64,000 nucleotides of DNA from Hydrolagus colliei (GCA_035084275.1 CM068742.1:72912001-72976000), one strand, 5' to 3'. Positions 39,470-51,927 are shown, counted from the stretch's first letter. Numbers and translations: made by a program. The notes: generated by a model not told the origin, from the letters alone.

Positions 39470-41480
39470 TTTACCGCTCCACCCTAGCTACCGCCAAATC
39501 AGCGTTCTACTCCAGGATAATCCTGGAAGCGAAGGACAACCACCGCCTCCTCTTCGACACCACCAACCAGCTCCTCCGCCCCCCCCCCCCCCCTCCGTCT
39601 CGCTTCGCTGATCCTCTCCTCAAACATACGTTGCGAGGAGGTGTTAAACTTCCTCGAGTCCAAAATAGAGAGAATCCGCTCTGCGGTTTCCTCCCCCCAC
39701 CTCTCCTCCACCTCCGCCCCTCCATCCATTATTTCAACCCCCACCCACCCCCCCTTTCATACTTTCAACCCCACCACCCCGTCTTTAGTCACAAAAATAA
39801 TCACCTCCATGAAACCAACCACGTGCTCATTGGACCCCATCCCCACCCCACTCCTCCGCACCCAGCTCCACCTTTTGGTCCCGCTCATTTCTGACACCAT
39901 CAACCTTTCCCTCTCCTCAGGCATCGTCCCTACCTCCCTTAAAACAGCCACCATCACCCCTATCCTGAAAAAAACCTCCCTTGATGTGTCGCAGCCATCA
40001 AGCTACCGACCCATCTCCAACCTCCCGCTTTTATCTAAGGTCCTTGAAAGAGTGGTTGCCTCCCAGCTCCACTCTTTCCTCTCAATTCACTCACTCCTTG
40101 AACCCCTCCAATCAGGTTTCCACCCTGCTCACAGCACGGAAACTGCCCTGGTCAAGGTCACTAATGACATCCTAACCGCCTGCGACCAGAGCTCCCTCTG
40201 CCTCCTCGTCCTCCTTGACCTGTCTGCTGCGTTCGACACAGTCGATCACACCATCCTCCTCCAACGTCTTTCCTCCCACCTCAACCTTCAAGGCACAGTC
40301 CTTAACTGGTTCCATTCCTACCTGACCCACTGCCTACATTTTGTATCTTCCAACAGTTTCTCCTCAAACCCCCGCACAGTTTCTCACGGCATCCCCCAGG
40401 GCTCTGTCCTCGGCCCCCTCCTTTTCACCATTTACACGCTCCCTCTGGGCGATGTCATCCACAAACATGGGGTAAATTTCCACATGTATGCGGACGACAC
40501 ACAGCTGTACCTTTCTGCCTCATCCCTCAACCCCCAGACCATCGATGTTCCGACAGCATGTCTGTCAGACATTGAGTCCTGGATGAGGGACAACTTCCTC
40601 CAATTGAACGTGAGCAAGACTGAGGCCCTCCTGATTGGCTCAAGCCAGCGCCTCCGCACATCGGGCGCTGCCAGCCTCAACATCCAAGGCTGTACTCTCC
40701 ACCTCACAAAGCCAGTCAGGAACCTCGGCATCACGTTCGACCATAAACTCTCCTTCCTCCCCCACATCCGTGCCTTGCCCGGCACCGCTTATTTCCACCT
40801 ACGCAACATTGCCAGGCTCCGCAACTACCTCACCCCCCCACGCTGCCAAAACACTCGTGCACGCATACATCACCTCACGGCTGGACTACGGAAACTCTCT
40901 CCTCGTCGGCCTCCCCAGTTCCTCCATTCACAGGCTGCAGGTCATCCAAAACTCTGCAGCCCGTGTACTATCCCGCACCCGCCTCCGCGACCACATAACC
41001 CCCACCCTCGCCCGTCTCCACTGGCTCCCCATCCTCCAGAGGATCGAGTTCAAGATCCTCTTCCTCACCTTCAAGGCCTTACACGGCCTTGCCTCGCCCT
41101 ACTTAACCAATTTACTTTCCCCCTATAAGCCCACCCGGACCCTCCGTTCAGCAGGTCGTAGCCTGCTCCAAGCCCCCCGCCCGAACCTCCCCACCATCGG
41201 AGGCCGGGCTTTCAGTTTCTCCGCTCCCACCCGGTGGAATTCCATCCCCCAATCCCTCCGCCTTGTTTCTTCCCATTCCTCTTTCAAGGCCGGTTTGAAG
41301 ACTTTCCTCTTCGACCGTGCCTTCTGTTCCCCCCCGAATTTTTCGACCTCCCCTACATGTTTCACCCCTTCCCAAACACTCCCCTCCCAGCTCGGGTCAC
41401 ATGCCTCCTGTGCAGTGCCTTGGGACGTCCTCCCGACGTGAAAGGCGCTTTATAAGTTTAAGTTGTTGTTGTTGTTGTTG
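39470..41480 (+). mobile_element. L2 LINE, 5'-truncated, young, with RT domain intact
   Basis: ORF2 motifs [62 protein letters not shown] and LHWLPI. Frameshifts only at C runs (39579-39593, 40833-40839). L2-type 3' end with (TTG)n tail. Confidence 0.95.
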
Positions 41481-44400
41481 TTTTATCTTCTTCTGTTTGT
41501 GCTACCGGTTGCTGCTCACTGAGTTCCTGGCTCATGTGCTGCTGATGACATGGCTTCTGCCATTTAAGATGAGAGCAGTCTATAAGCAATCATAAATCAT
41601 GAATTCATTGATGATCCATTCACAACCCAAGGCCACGGCTAAACCTTCGCATCACAATCTCATTGTTATATCTGAGGAGAAGGCAACAATGAGGACGATG
41701 AGCTTAACTTCACGCCTCAATTTACATGCAAATCCAATTACCCTTTATGGGCAAGTTTCAGCTGCAAAAGGGCTGACTTGGCTACATTCTGGTTTCAAAT
41801 GCAAGGATTATTATTATTATCCCGCAGAAAGCATACAGATCCTGTGAATCACCAGAGGCTGAAATTTCTCATGGTTTTAGCCTTAAAAACAATCATCTAA
41901 AATTTAAGTTGGTGCAAAATTTTGGAAAATTCTTGTTCAGTCTACCCAGTTTCCCCCGATCCCCACCCCACCCCCAGTTTGCGCTCCCAAATCTGAAGCA
42001 CTTGTTACTGTCCTCACATAGGTGCTATATTGATATCAATTGTTGATATTTTTAAACCATTTTTTTCACAGTTCCTTAGTGCTTAGTTAATTCAGCCAGG
42101 GCAGTTGAGGTGTTACAATTAATTTAAACACTACAGAGTTCGAGGAGAATAAAATCAATGATTTTATGATCAGTATCCAGAAACAGTCATCAGTGTGGAT
42201 GTTGGATGATCAGACTTGCGTGTAATATGCCCTCAGTAAAATATGCTTCCCTTTCCACTGTCAATCTCAAACAACAACCATTTATTTTGCACCTTTCAGG
42301 TAGGTTAACATCTCAGAATGTTTTGCAGTGATAGGGTTCGAGGTAGAGGCAGGAGGAATGGAAGGAGTAATGTGATCAAACGTATTGTCAAAAAGGTAGA
42401 TATTAAAGTGGGAATAGAGGCAGAGAATTCCAACAGCTGAATGATTAAACGAAATGTACCTGAGATATGTACTGGGGGTCCTATGGACCAATAATACAGT
42501 GGAAACGGACAGAGTCAAACAACTTCAGGAGAGGGGAAAATTGGTGAAGGAGTGATTAAAGTAAAAGCATTGTTAAGTGTTCTCCATGGTGCATGAGTAA
42601 TAATAGTTACATTTTATATAGTAACCCAAGGCCTTCCACATCACAAAGGCATCTCCAAGGATCTCACAGAATGTAATAATAATAAATTATTATTATTATT
42701 AATCTTCGATAATGCTTCTCATCAATTCTTTGAGACGGCTCACTTCAAAGTGTAATGAGTGTATATTTTAGGAGCAAAATATAGCAGCCAATTGCACACA
42801 GCAAGTGTTCCACAAACACTCGTGGCTTGAGTGACCAAATTATTATTTGTTTCTTTTATATATTTTTTAAAGGGATGTATTACCCCCAGAAAAGCAATCC
42901 ACCAATTGACTAACAACTGGATTCTTACTTACTGCTAAGTAAACAGAGGCATGTGGAGTAAGGAAAGTTGCCTAAGGTTTCACCATGCCAAGAATCAAAC
43001 CCGGGTTCTCTCGCTTGTAAGGCGAGCACTCTAACCACTATGCTGTAGGACACTAAAATATATTGTAAAGTGTAATGACTGGAGTCTCTTGTAAGCAAAC
43101 ACAGCAAACAACGTGCATATCCCACAAACAGCCAAATAACAAATGACCAATTTTATTTGGGGGATTGTTGGCCAAGGCACTGGAAGAAACTCTTTACATT
43201 TGGAATAGTGCCATGGGATCTTTAACATCCACTTGAACAAGCAGGCAGGACTTCAGTTTAACATCTTATCTAAAGGATGGCACCTTTAGTTCAAATGGTT
43301 TGAACCCACCACTTCTAATTCAAAGCCAACTGAGCCAGGCTGACACTCCGGCAAGCTTTGTCAGTGTCAGAGATGGGTGACGAGTGTGGTTAGTATTAAG
43401 GTCGCATTCAGTATTAAGGTCGCATCAGTATTAAAGTTTGTCAGATTTGTAGACAGAGCCTTACCCAAGTGATATGACTGGCATCAGGATAATGCTGATG
43501 TAACACTAATCACTTCTACTGTAATAAATTGCAATGGATTCTAGTGTAACATTTCCCATCCCTGACCACGGGAAGCCAGGAAACGTGGCTCTTGGGAGAT
43601 GAAATCATAAAACCAATAGCCTACCATTTGAAAGCTTCATTTTGCTGAGTTTGTGGTTCTCAAGATAAAGTGGTCATTACCATTAGATTTTCTCATTGCT
43701 TTTTGAGAAAAGTAGCTTGTAATATAATTCTGAGTGGAAAAGATTCCAGTTATGGTGTTTGTCTAAATTGATCAATCTTGTTTTATGTTTTATGTCCGCC
43801 TCGTCTTTGAGGATTTCCATCACTTGAATAATTTTTTTTCACCAATTCCTAGCTCTTGAAGATTCTTCTGTCAGCTCTTTCCATTATTCATCAAATAATA
43901 ATAATTCTTACATTTCGTACAACACCATTCACATCAAGAACACATAACAGTAGGCTACAGTGTAAAGTGCACTCACTGTGTGTTTTGTGGGTCAGCAGTT
44001 AATTTTCACATAGTAATGTCACACAAACAGCCATGGAGTTAGTGACCATTATTTAGTTTATTAAATTATTACAGTTTATTAAAGGTTTCTTCACACATGT
44101 GGCTCTGTTTGGCGGATTGATTTTCTGGGGGTAATAATTAATTCAAAAATAATAACAATAATAAATTAGTTACTGAATCCATTTGTGGGTCTCTGCTGTA
44201 TGCAATTGGCTGCTGTGTTTCACCTGGAAAGTTCACTTTACAGTATATTCTCTGAAGCCCTTTGAAGCCCTTTGAGACATCTAGAAGATGTGAAAAACGC
44301 TACATCAAATGCAAGTAGTAGTATTATTATTATTATTATTTGGGGAATTGTTTGTCAGGACAGTAGGAAAAACTTCTCTTCTCAAAAGGTGTCATGGAAT

Positions 44401-44864
44401 CGTTAACGTGCGGACAGACAGGACCTCGATTTAACATCTTATCTGAAGGACGACATCGCCAGCAATGCAGCACACCCCCAGCACTGCAATGGAGTGTCAT
44501 CTTAGACTATATTAGTTCCAAATTCCAATGTAGGGCTTGAACCCACCGACGTGAAAGGCGCTATACAAATGTAATTTTCTTGGTGGTTGTTGTTCTGATT
44601 CAGAGGCGAAAGCACTTGCGACTGAGCCAGGCTGACACAAGCGCCATGCTAGTCAGGTAGAGGAGCTTATATCACTATGTTGTGCAAATGTGTTTGAAAT
44701 TATTTTAATACCTTGGTACAAGCTCTGCAGATGACCTGATGGGCTTATGTACTGCATAACCAATAGAAATGAGCTGCAGAAAAGATTTATTACTGGTCTG
44801 TGCTGGTACAATTGTACAGGAGTTGTATTTCACTTCAGTGTCAGGGAGGGAAAATCAATAAAAT

Positions 44865-45170
44865 ACAATTGCAATACAATTCACAATTATATAGTGTCTT
44901 TCACTTTGGGAGATGCCTCCAAATACTCCAGAGAGCTGAGTAGGCACTAGAGCTGGGGGCTAGAGCCAAATGGGGTGGGGAGGGGTGGCAGGGTAAAGAT
45001 GACTGAAATCATGATCGAAGATGTATGATTTGAGACGTGCCTTGAAAGAAGGGAAGGTGCGATTCAGAGACTCCGGGAGGAAGTTCCAGAGTGTGGAGGC
45101 AACATCACTAAAGGTTCTCCCGTTGATGGTGGGGAGGACAGGGTGGGAGACATGGAGCATGAGACAAAAT
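44865..45170 (-). mobile_element. L2 3' end fragment
   Basis: PTINGRTFS..ASTLWNFLP..FKARLKSYIFDH in ORF 44960-45181. Confidence 0.75.
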
Positions 45171-45557
45171 AAGACATTCAAGTGATATCATTATTAATGG
45201 CCATTATCGATAAGTATGTGGATGGATGTCTGGTGAGCGCCTATTGGACTGGAGTATGTTTATGCCTTCCAACACTAGCTGTTGCCGAGGTATCAGATGG
45301 AAGCCAGCACCGAATCTAGACCCACACTTTCAGAGAACTGCAGATGGAATTAAAGAGGATAAGCAATTTCATTTGAAAGCTCAGATATTTTGTTAAACTC
45401 CTGTAGCTCAGTGGTTAGAGCACTTGCCTTACAACCGTGAGACCTGTGTTCGAATTTAAGATTCTTTCAACAATTCCGCACCAGCTTAAATTTGTGTAAT
45501 TCCTGGGGTAAACACAAACAGAAACAAAAGTGAATCAGTCTAAGCATGAATATACTG

Positions 45558-46221
45558 CAGTAGAAGCCCGTTTATCCATCACCCGCGGGACCTGGCCAAT
45601 GCTGGTTAAAGCGCCTGCTGTATATTCGGGCGGCCCGCGGCTGAAAACCCACTACAAAAAAAAAAGTTATTTTAATACACACCAGACTAAGTAATAACAG
45701 ATACTAACAGAATATTATATTGGTACTTATTGTTAAAATTATTCTCTTGCGCTTCTTACCTTTACTGATTGAGGTTGAGTCGCACAACTTTACTAGCTGC
45801 AAGCCGAAGCCCTAGACTCTACTAGCGGCAAACCAAAATACTGCACCTGCGTGACAATGTGGGTTATCAGCCAGCGTTATCGGCTTGCCACTACTGTGAC
45901 TTTAAAGTCATACGTGCTCCGTTTTTTTCACCCGCTTGGCGTGCTCCATTTTAAAAAGAATCACTGGACTATAAATCTCAACCGCAGCATCATGGCTTTA
46001 AGCGCAGCATCTACCAGCAAAGGTAAAAAGCGCAAGAGAGTAGTTTTAACAATAAGTACCAATACAATATTCTGTTATTATGTTATTATTCATGCATTTA
46101 CAAATGCTCCACTGCTAATGTTCCGGATAAGTTCCGGTTTATCGAATGGGGACTTTTTTTTGGTGTGCCGGTTATACGGAAATGCCGGTGCATCGAGTCA
46201 CGAATAAACAGGCTTCTACTG
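45558..46221 (+). mobile_element. Internally deleted Tigger/pogo DNA transposon
   Basis: TIRs cagtagaagcc(c/t)gtttat; TA on the right, TG on the left. Retains the transposase start MALSAASTSKGKKRKRVVLTI, similar to the KRKRVVLT N-terminus of JRK/JRKL/TIGD2-type proteins. Confidence 0.85.
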
Positions 46222-47884
46222 TATTTACATTTCACCTTCGTATATTCTACTTATTCATAAGATTGGGAGAAAGCATAGAGAGAGAAATGTTCATCCTGGA
46301 AACCACTTTCACACAGTTCAACAAGTACAACAACAACAAATTGCATTTTAAAGCACCCTTTGCTCACAAATACAAAGTCAATTCACTTTACAGTATATTA
46401 TGTGAAGCACTTTGAGACATATAGAAGACGTGAAAAGCACTATATCAAATGCAAGGATTATTATTATTATTACCTTTCACATCAGGACATGCCAAGTTGC
46501 CTCCCAATCCGAATTCTGTTTCCTGGGGGAAAGTACTATTGGGGAAAAATTCCACCTGGGTCTAGATTTATTCTATATATGTAGCATTCCAGAGCATTCA
46601 AAACTGGTGATTTTTAAAAAAGTCTTTAATTTTGGAGCCATTTTCTGTAAGTTGGTTTAAAAAGGCAGAAAATGGACTATAAGGGAAGACAAAATACAAC
46701 AATATGCCAAATTCTGGACTCTCTAAAATGCCAAATAAATAGAATGAATCTAGATTTGGATTGCATTTTGCCGCATGTATCATGAAACCCAGTAATAAGC
46801 AAGCATACATCTTAAAACATTCATTTCAGCACCTTGGAACGTCCTCCCAATGTGGAAGGCACTCTATAAATGTGATTTTGTTGCTTATTGTGCTATTGTA
46901 TCCCTCCCCATATTATAACATACAACTTTGCGCCCTCTACTCTAGACACAGCAGGAACACATATTCGTTTGAAAATCTTTTAAATTATTTCATATATATT
47001 TTTAGCTTACATCTGCTTTTCATATAACCTCTCTGTGTGACAGTGATTTCTTAATGGTTCAAAAACTCTGGCATCAAAAGTACATTTTCATCATTTTGAC
47101 ATGCCGTGTGTGTGTGTGACAGCCTTTTATTACTGATTGATATCGCAATTTCTTTACATCTGCTGCAATAGTAATACATTTAAAAAACACACACTGTATT
47201 AGTTTTTAGTTTTACAAAACCATGTTTTATGCAAGAGAACAGCAAAACATGCCCAACATAGCAGTGTCAATAATTGCTACTTGTACATTTTTGCTTCGCT
47301 CCAAGTGGATAGAATATGAACCTATTTTCTCCCTTCAATCCTGATCAATATGAACATAAATGATGCTTCAATCACCGTCATTGTAGCAGACTCACAAGAG
47401 TATTTCCATTGAGAACAATGATCAATAAAGCTTGGGATTGATGTTCGGAAGCATCCAGGCTCTCTTGCTGCCTGGTTCCTTTTATGCAGCTGTTTATAGT
47501 GTATTCATTTCAAGACATTTAACCAGCATAGGCCAAAGGAATGCACACTTCATTTACATTGGAGGGCTGAGAGGAAATGTGATGCTGAAGGTTTTTATCT
47601 TGGGGGCAATGCTGACTTTCTGTTTGAGATTAAACCACGGACCTCGATTCTTTTCTTTTTATATCGTTAAATTTGTAGAAATACCAATGTGACAACACAA
47701 CAGTACATTCAGTCAATAGCATGACAGCAACACTATGCAGCAAAATATTACAAGTGATAATTATGCAAATAGCAATCATCATAACATTAGGAATAAAACA
47801 CTGACACAGGTGAAGCTAAGGTCACCGTATGAACATAATGACTAGCAACTGGGATCAGCTGGAAACAGGCAAGAAGCATAACCA

Positions 47885-47980
47885 TGTGGGGTCCTGTAGC
47901 TCAGTGGTTGGAGCATTCGCCTTATAAGCGAGAGACCTGGGTTCAATTCCAGCTAGGTCAGGGTGAAACCTAGGGAAAAT
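47885..47980 (+). mobile_element. SINE 5' half (remainder at 49664-49845), split by Tx1
   Basis: Head ends ...gggtgaaacctagggaaaa; the body resumes aagtatccttactccac at ~49664. Confidence 0.85.
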
Positions 47981-49663
47981 CCTGGTGATAAAGTGTGAAG
48001 CCCTCTCGGTGTTACCGTACGTGGCTCAGGTCTGGCCATTGGCCAAGAATAATGTCATTGCAGTCACCAGAGAGACCTTTCAACTGATCTGGGGTCCAAG
48101 ATGGATCATATCCACAGGGGCACGATGCACAAAACTGCAGAAAAGGGAGAAAAAGAGGTCCTCAACATAGCCCTGATCCTAATGGCCACTTTTGTGTGTA
48201 GCTGCCTGAGGCTGTGCCTTGAGGTACCTTACACTGGCAACAAATGCTGCTACGTGCTGGGTTTCTACCTGGTGCTAAGACGGGTGGATCTGGCAGAACT
48301 GCCCTGAAAGACTCCACGTGACAGGTAGTCAAAATGGTTTGAGAAGGGGAGAGGGCAGATCTGATTGAGAAGTACCCTGTGGGTGTTGGTCAGCTATGTC
48401 TGGCAAAATGCCTCGTCACTGGCCCTGACCAACAAACATCAAGACACGGCCAGGCCAGCGATTAAACGTGTGCTCGCCTTCAGGGCTTTCATGCACGTTC
48501 AAAGTCTGTGCTTGTCAATGTGCTACCCTCGGGCCGGCTGTGAAAACGAGGAGACCGTGGACTATCTCTTCCCGGAGTGTAGTTTTGCAAGCGCAGTTAG
48601 GAGAAAGTTGGAGTAGATACTCTTGTGGTTCGTCCCTGGGGACACAATGTCACGGCACCTCGAGTGTTCCTGGAGGGTATAAACTTAGTGAAGGAAGCAC
48701 TTTGGCATCACCCAAACCAGGTATTCTTCTGGCAGAATGAAGCGAAGGTGAGAGCCTGTCTCAGCCCCCCACATGCTAGGATCAGACAAGCTGAAGTTCA
48801 AATCAACCGTGGTAAAGGCCAGATGGGGCCTGACCCAGGCAGGAGATGTGCAAACCGCTCAGGGCGCACCCACCAGGTAGCCCATAAGCGCAATCAAAAC
48901 GATTGTAAATAAGCGTAAAGGTACAGAAGGATGAGCGACATGTAATCAAAGAGCATCCCGAAAACAGCCACTCTTTATGTACAGGAAATATATGCACATA
49001 AGGTGCATATTGGAGTGCCGACTGGAAGCGGCAGCTAACCTTAACAGGGTGTCCGCGGACACGCATATGGTTGTAGTGCACACTCCCGACTGTTTTAAAG
49101 GGAAGGTCCCTGGAAAAATGTGTGCACAACCTGTTTGCAGAGAAAAAATGTACCATGAACAAAGGAATGGTATTTTTTATATATTGGAAAATGGAAAAAG
49201 GAGATGTTGTATTGTGTTTGGGATTCATGTTATAATAATCCTTGCATTTGATATTGCACTTTCCAGTCTTCTAGACGTCTCAAAGTATTTCACAGAATAT
49301 ACAGTACTGTAAAGTGAATTGACTGTATGAATGTGGGTGAAATGCGGCAGCCAATTGTGCACAGCTTTGTCCCCCAAACAGTCATGGATTGAAGTGACCA
49401 ATTTTTTTTAGGGATTATTTTCAGGCGTGTGGAGTAATGAAATTTTCCCAAGGTTTCATCCTGCCTGGATGCCTTAAAGACGAGTGCTCTACCCACCGAG
49501 CTACAGGACTCACTTTTAAAGGGAATGGCCCCCTGTTGTGCACAACCTGTGGGCAGAGAAGAAATGTACCATAAACAACAGAATGGTATTTTTGTATTGA
49601 AAATGGAAAAGGAGATATTCTATTTTGTTTGGATTTCTGTTGTACCAAATATATATTAAACAA
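47981..49663 (+). mobile_element. Tx1/L1-clade non-LTR retrotransposon 3' fragment (degenerate)
   Basis: Post-RT ORF2 remnants LVIKCEALSVLPYVAQVWP..FQLIWG and MDHIHRGTMHKTAEKGEKEVLNIALIL, plus a C-terminal zinc-knuckle-like CYPRAGCENEETVDYLFPECSFA. A-rich 3' end. Splits a tRNA-SINE. Confidence 0.75.
49229..49512 (-). mobile_element. tRNA-derived SINE inside the Tx1 3' region
   Basis: Reverse complement of the family sequence. Confidence 0.88.
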
Positions 49664-50279
49664 AAGTATCCTTACTCCACATGCCTGTTAATAATCCCTC
49701 AAAAAAAGATTAAATTGGTCATTTTCAATCCACAACTGTATGTGGGACAATTGGCTGCCTCATTTCACCCACATATATACAGTCAATTCACTTCACAGAA
49801 TATTCTGTGAAATGTTTATCAAATGCAAGGATTATTATTATTATAATAGGTAAGGGTGATGTGGTTTGCCATGTCAAGTCTGTTTGCTAGCCAAAATATC
49901 TGGATGCTCTAGTCAAACACAATGGTCATCATGATTGTAAAACCCCAGTCAAATCATAAGTGTAGGAGTGCAGAATGGGAGACGCCTTCTGCAAACATTT
50001 GGATAAAGGATATACTGTACAGAGAGAGCAGGCTCCATTCTCCATTTACTGTGTATACTGTGTCCGCCCACTTGTGCCAGTAGAGAATCAACAGGGAGTG
50101 CAGATACCATAACCTCCTCTCCTATCCATCAACAATTCTCCCAGCATCTATTTATATAATAATAAATAACAATAATATGATCCGATAATACAAATGGCCA
50201 TTAGAATCCAATTCAACAGCCGATGTCAAGTTGTTGTTACTTTTAATACTTAAAATTTTTTAAACTTTTAAAATTCTTT

Positions 50280-50755
50280 GTTTCCTGCTCTTGCCTGGTT
50301 CGACTCTTACCTCTCCCACCATCTCGAATGTATTGCCACTAAAGGCTTCTCCTCCAGTCCCCACACTGTCACATGAGGCGTCCCCAGGGCTCTGTCCTTG
50401 GCCCTCTACTTTTCAACATCTATATGCTCCTCCTTGGTGACATTATCTGCAGACATGAGGTCAACATCCATATCTATGGGGATGGCATTCAACTCTATCT
50501 CTCTGCATCCACCATCAATTCCAGGACCACTGCTGTCCTGTCAAACATCAGGACATCAAAACTCCTGGATGAGAGCTAATTTTCTACAGTTGAATGACAA
50601 CAAGACCGAGGCCATTCTGATTGGCTCCTGCCAGCACCTCTGCACCTCAGGCCCTGGCAGCATCATCCTCTATGGTTGCACACTCCACCTCACCAAGCCA
50701 GTAGGGAACCTAGGTGTCTTGTTCGCTTTACAAAGGACCACTCTCTCCTGCACAT
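50280..50755 (+). mobile_element. L2 RT fragment
   Basis: [24 protein letters not shown] (degenerate YADD), [20 protein letters not shown]. Confidence 0.88.
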
Positions 50756-50782
50756 ATCTAGTGCCTAAAATAAGTCATTTTT

Positions 50783-51440
50783 AACAACATTTGTATAGTT
50801 CCTTACACATTGGGAGGATGTCCCAAGGCGCTAGATATTCAACGTTTCTGACCAAAGCTGGGGTCAGAATCGGGGAGGGTGGAGGGAACGGAGGGAAAGG
50901 AGTGTGACAGATGGCACCATTGAAGAGGAGGGTCTTGAGGCGGGACTTGAAGGAGGCTAGGGAGGGGGCGATGTGGAGGGATTGCCTGATGGAATTCCAT
51001 AGGTTGGGATCAGAGTGGCTGAAGGCTCGCTCTTCGATAGTGGGGCGGGTGGGTCAGGGTATGTGAAGCAGGCCGGAGCCAGTTGAGCAAAGCGAGTGGC
51101 CAGGTTGGTGAGGAAGGTGCAGTGGTAGGGCTTTAAAGGCCATTGAGGGTAGGGGTAGGGCTTTAAAGGTGAGGACCAGGATGTTGAATTGAATCCTCTG
51201 AATAATAGGAAGCCAATGGAGTCATGCGAGAGTGGGGGAGATGAGGTCGCGGAGCTTGTTGTGGGAGAGGACACAAGCTGCAGAGCTCTAGATGATCTAC
51301 AGCCTATAGAGGGAGGAGTTAGGAAGGCCGACAAACAGGGCATTGGTGTAGTCAAGGCTGGACGTGACGAAGGCATGAATGAGACATAAAGCGGCCTGAG
51401 GGGTAAGGTAGTGGTGGAGTCAGGCAATGTTGTGGATGTG
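50783..51440 (-). mobile_element. L2 3' portion with tail
   Basis: Minus strand shows HAFVTSSLDYTNAL and LHWLP-like segments, the L2 3' end, and a degenerate (TTG) tail near 50783. Confidence 0.85.
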
Positions 51441-51848
51441 ATGACCTTTGTGGTTGCAAAATGGAAGCAGAAACAACATCAGCAGTAATGTTTTGCAATA
51501 GTGGGCATACAAAGGGTTAAATTATTATGTAGTAATCAGGGCACCAACCCAGAAGCCCTGATATATAGCCTCCACTTGTCTTCGTGTTTTGATCTCTTTC
51601 CTTGGTGAGATTAGTAGTCTTTTGATGATTAATCACCAAGCATTCTGAGTCACTGCACCACATGAAAGGCTTGGTAAAATTTCAAGTTGTTGTTGTCGAT
51701 TATCAATAAAATAAATTCAACTCCTTCAGAAAATGTCATCGATAAAAATAATACAATTAAAAGCGAGAATAAACCCTCCTGTTTATGTTGTCACTGTACT
51801 GTGCCCACCAAAGCTTCCTGTCTCCGAACAGACCCATTCAGCTGAGAG

Positions 51849-51927
51849 GATGCAGCATTGTAACCGAGAGAGACAGGAATACTAGATTCTCCAGCATTCC
51901 TGTCTCTCTCAGTTACAATGCTGCATC
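51849..51927 (-). other. Isolated 79-nt inverted repeat / hairpin
   Basis: Outer arms gatgcagcattgtaac(c)gagagagacaggaat / attcctgtctctctc(a)gttacaatgctgcatc match at 31 of 32 positions. Confidence 0.9.

Noticed and set aside
43391-43437. Short tandem repeats (cagtattaaggtcgcat x2.5; also near 35085, 38641, 44253 and 51126) that could look CRISPR-like
   Set aside because: Simple slippage duplications with no unique spacers, in a eukaryotic context.
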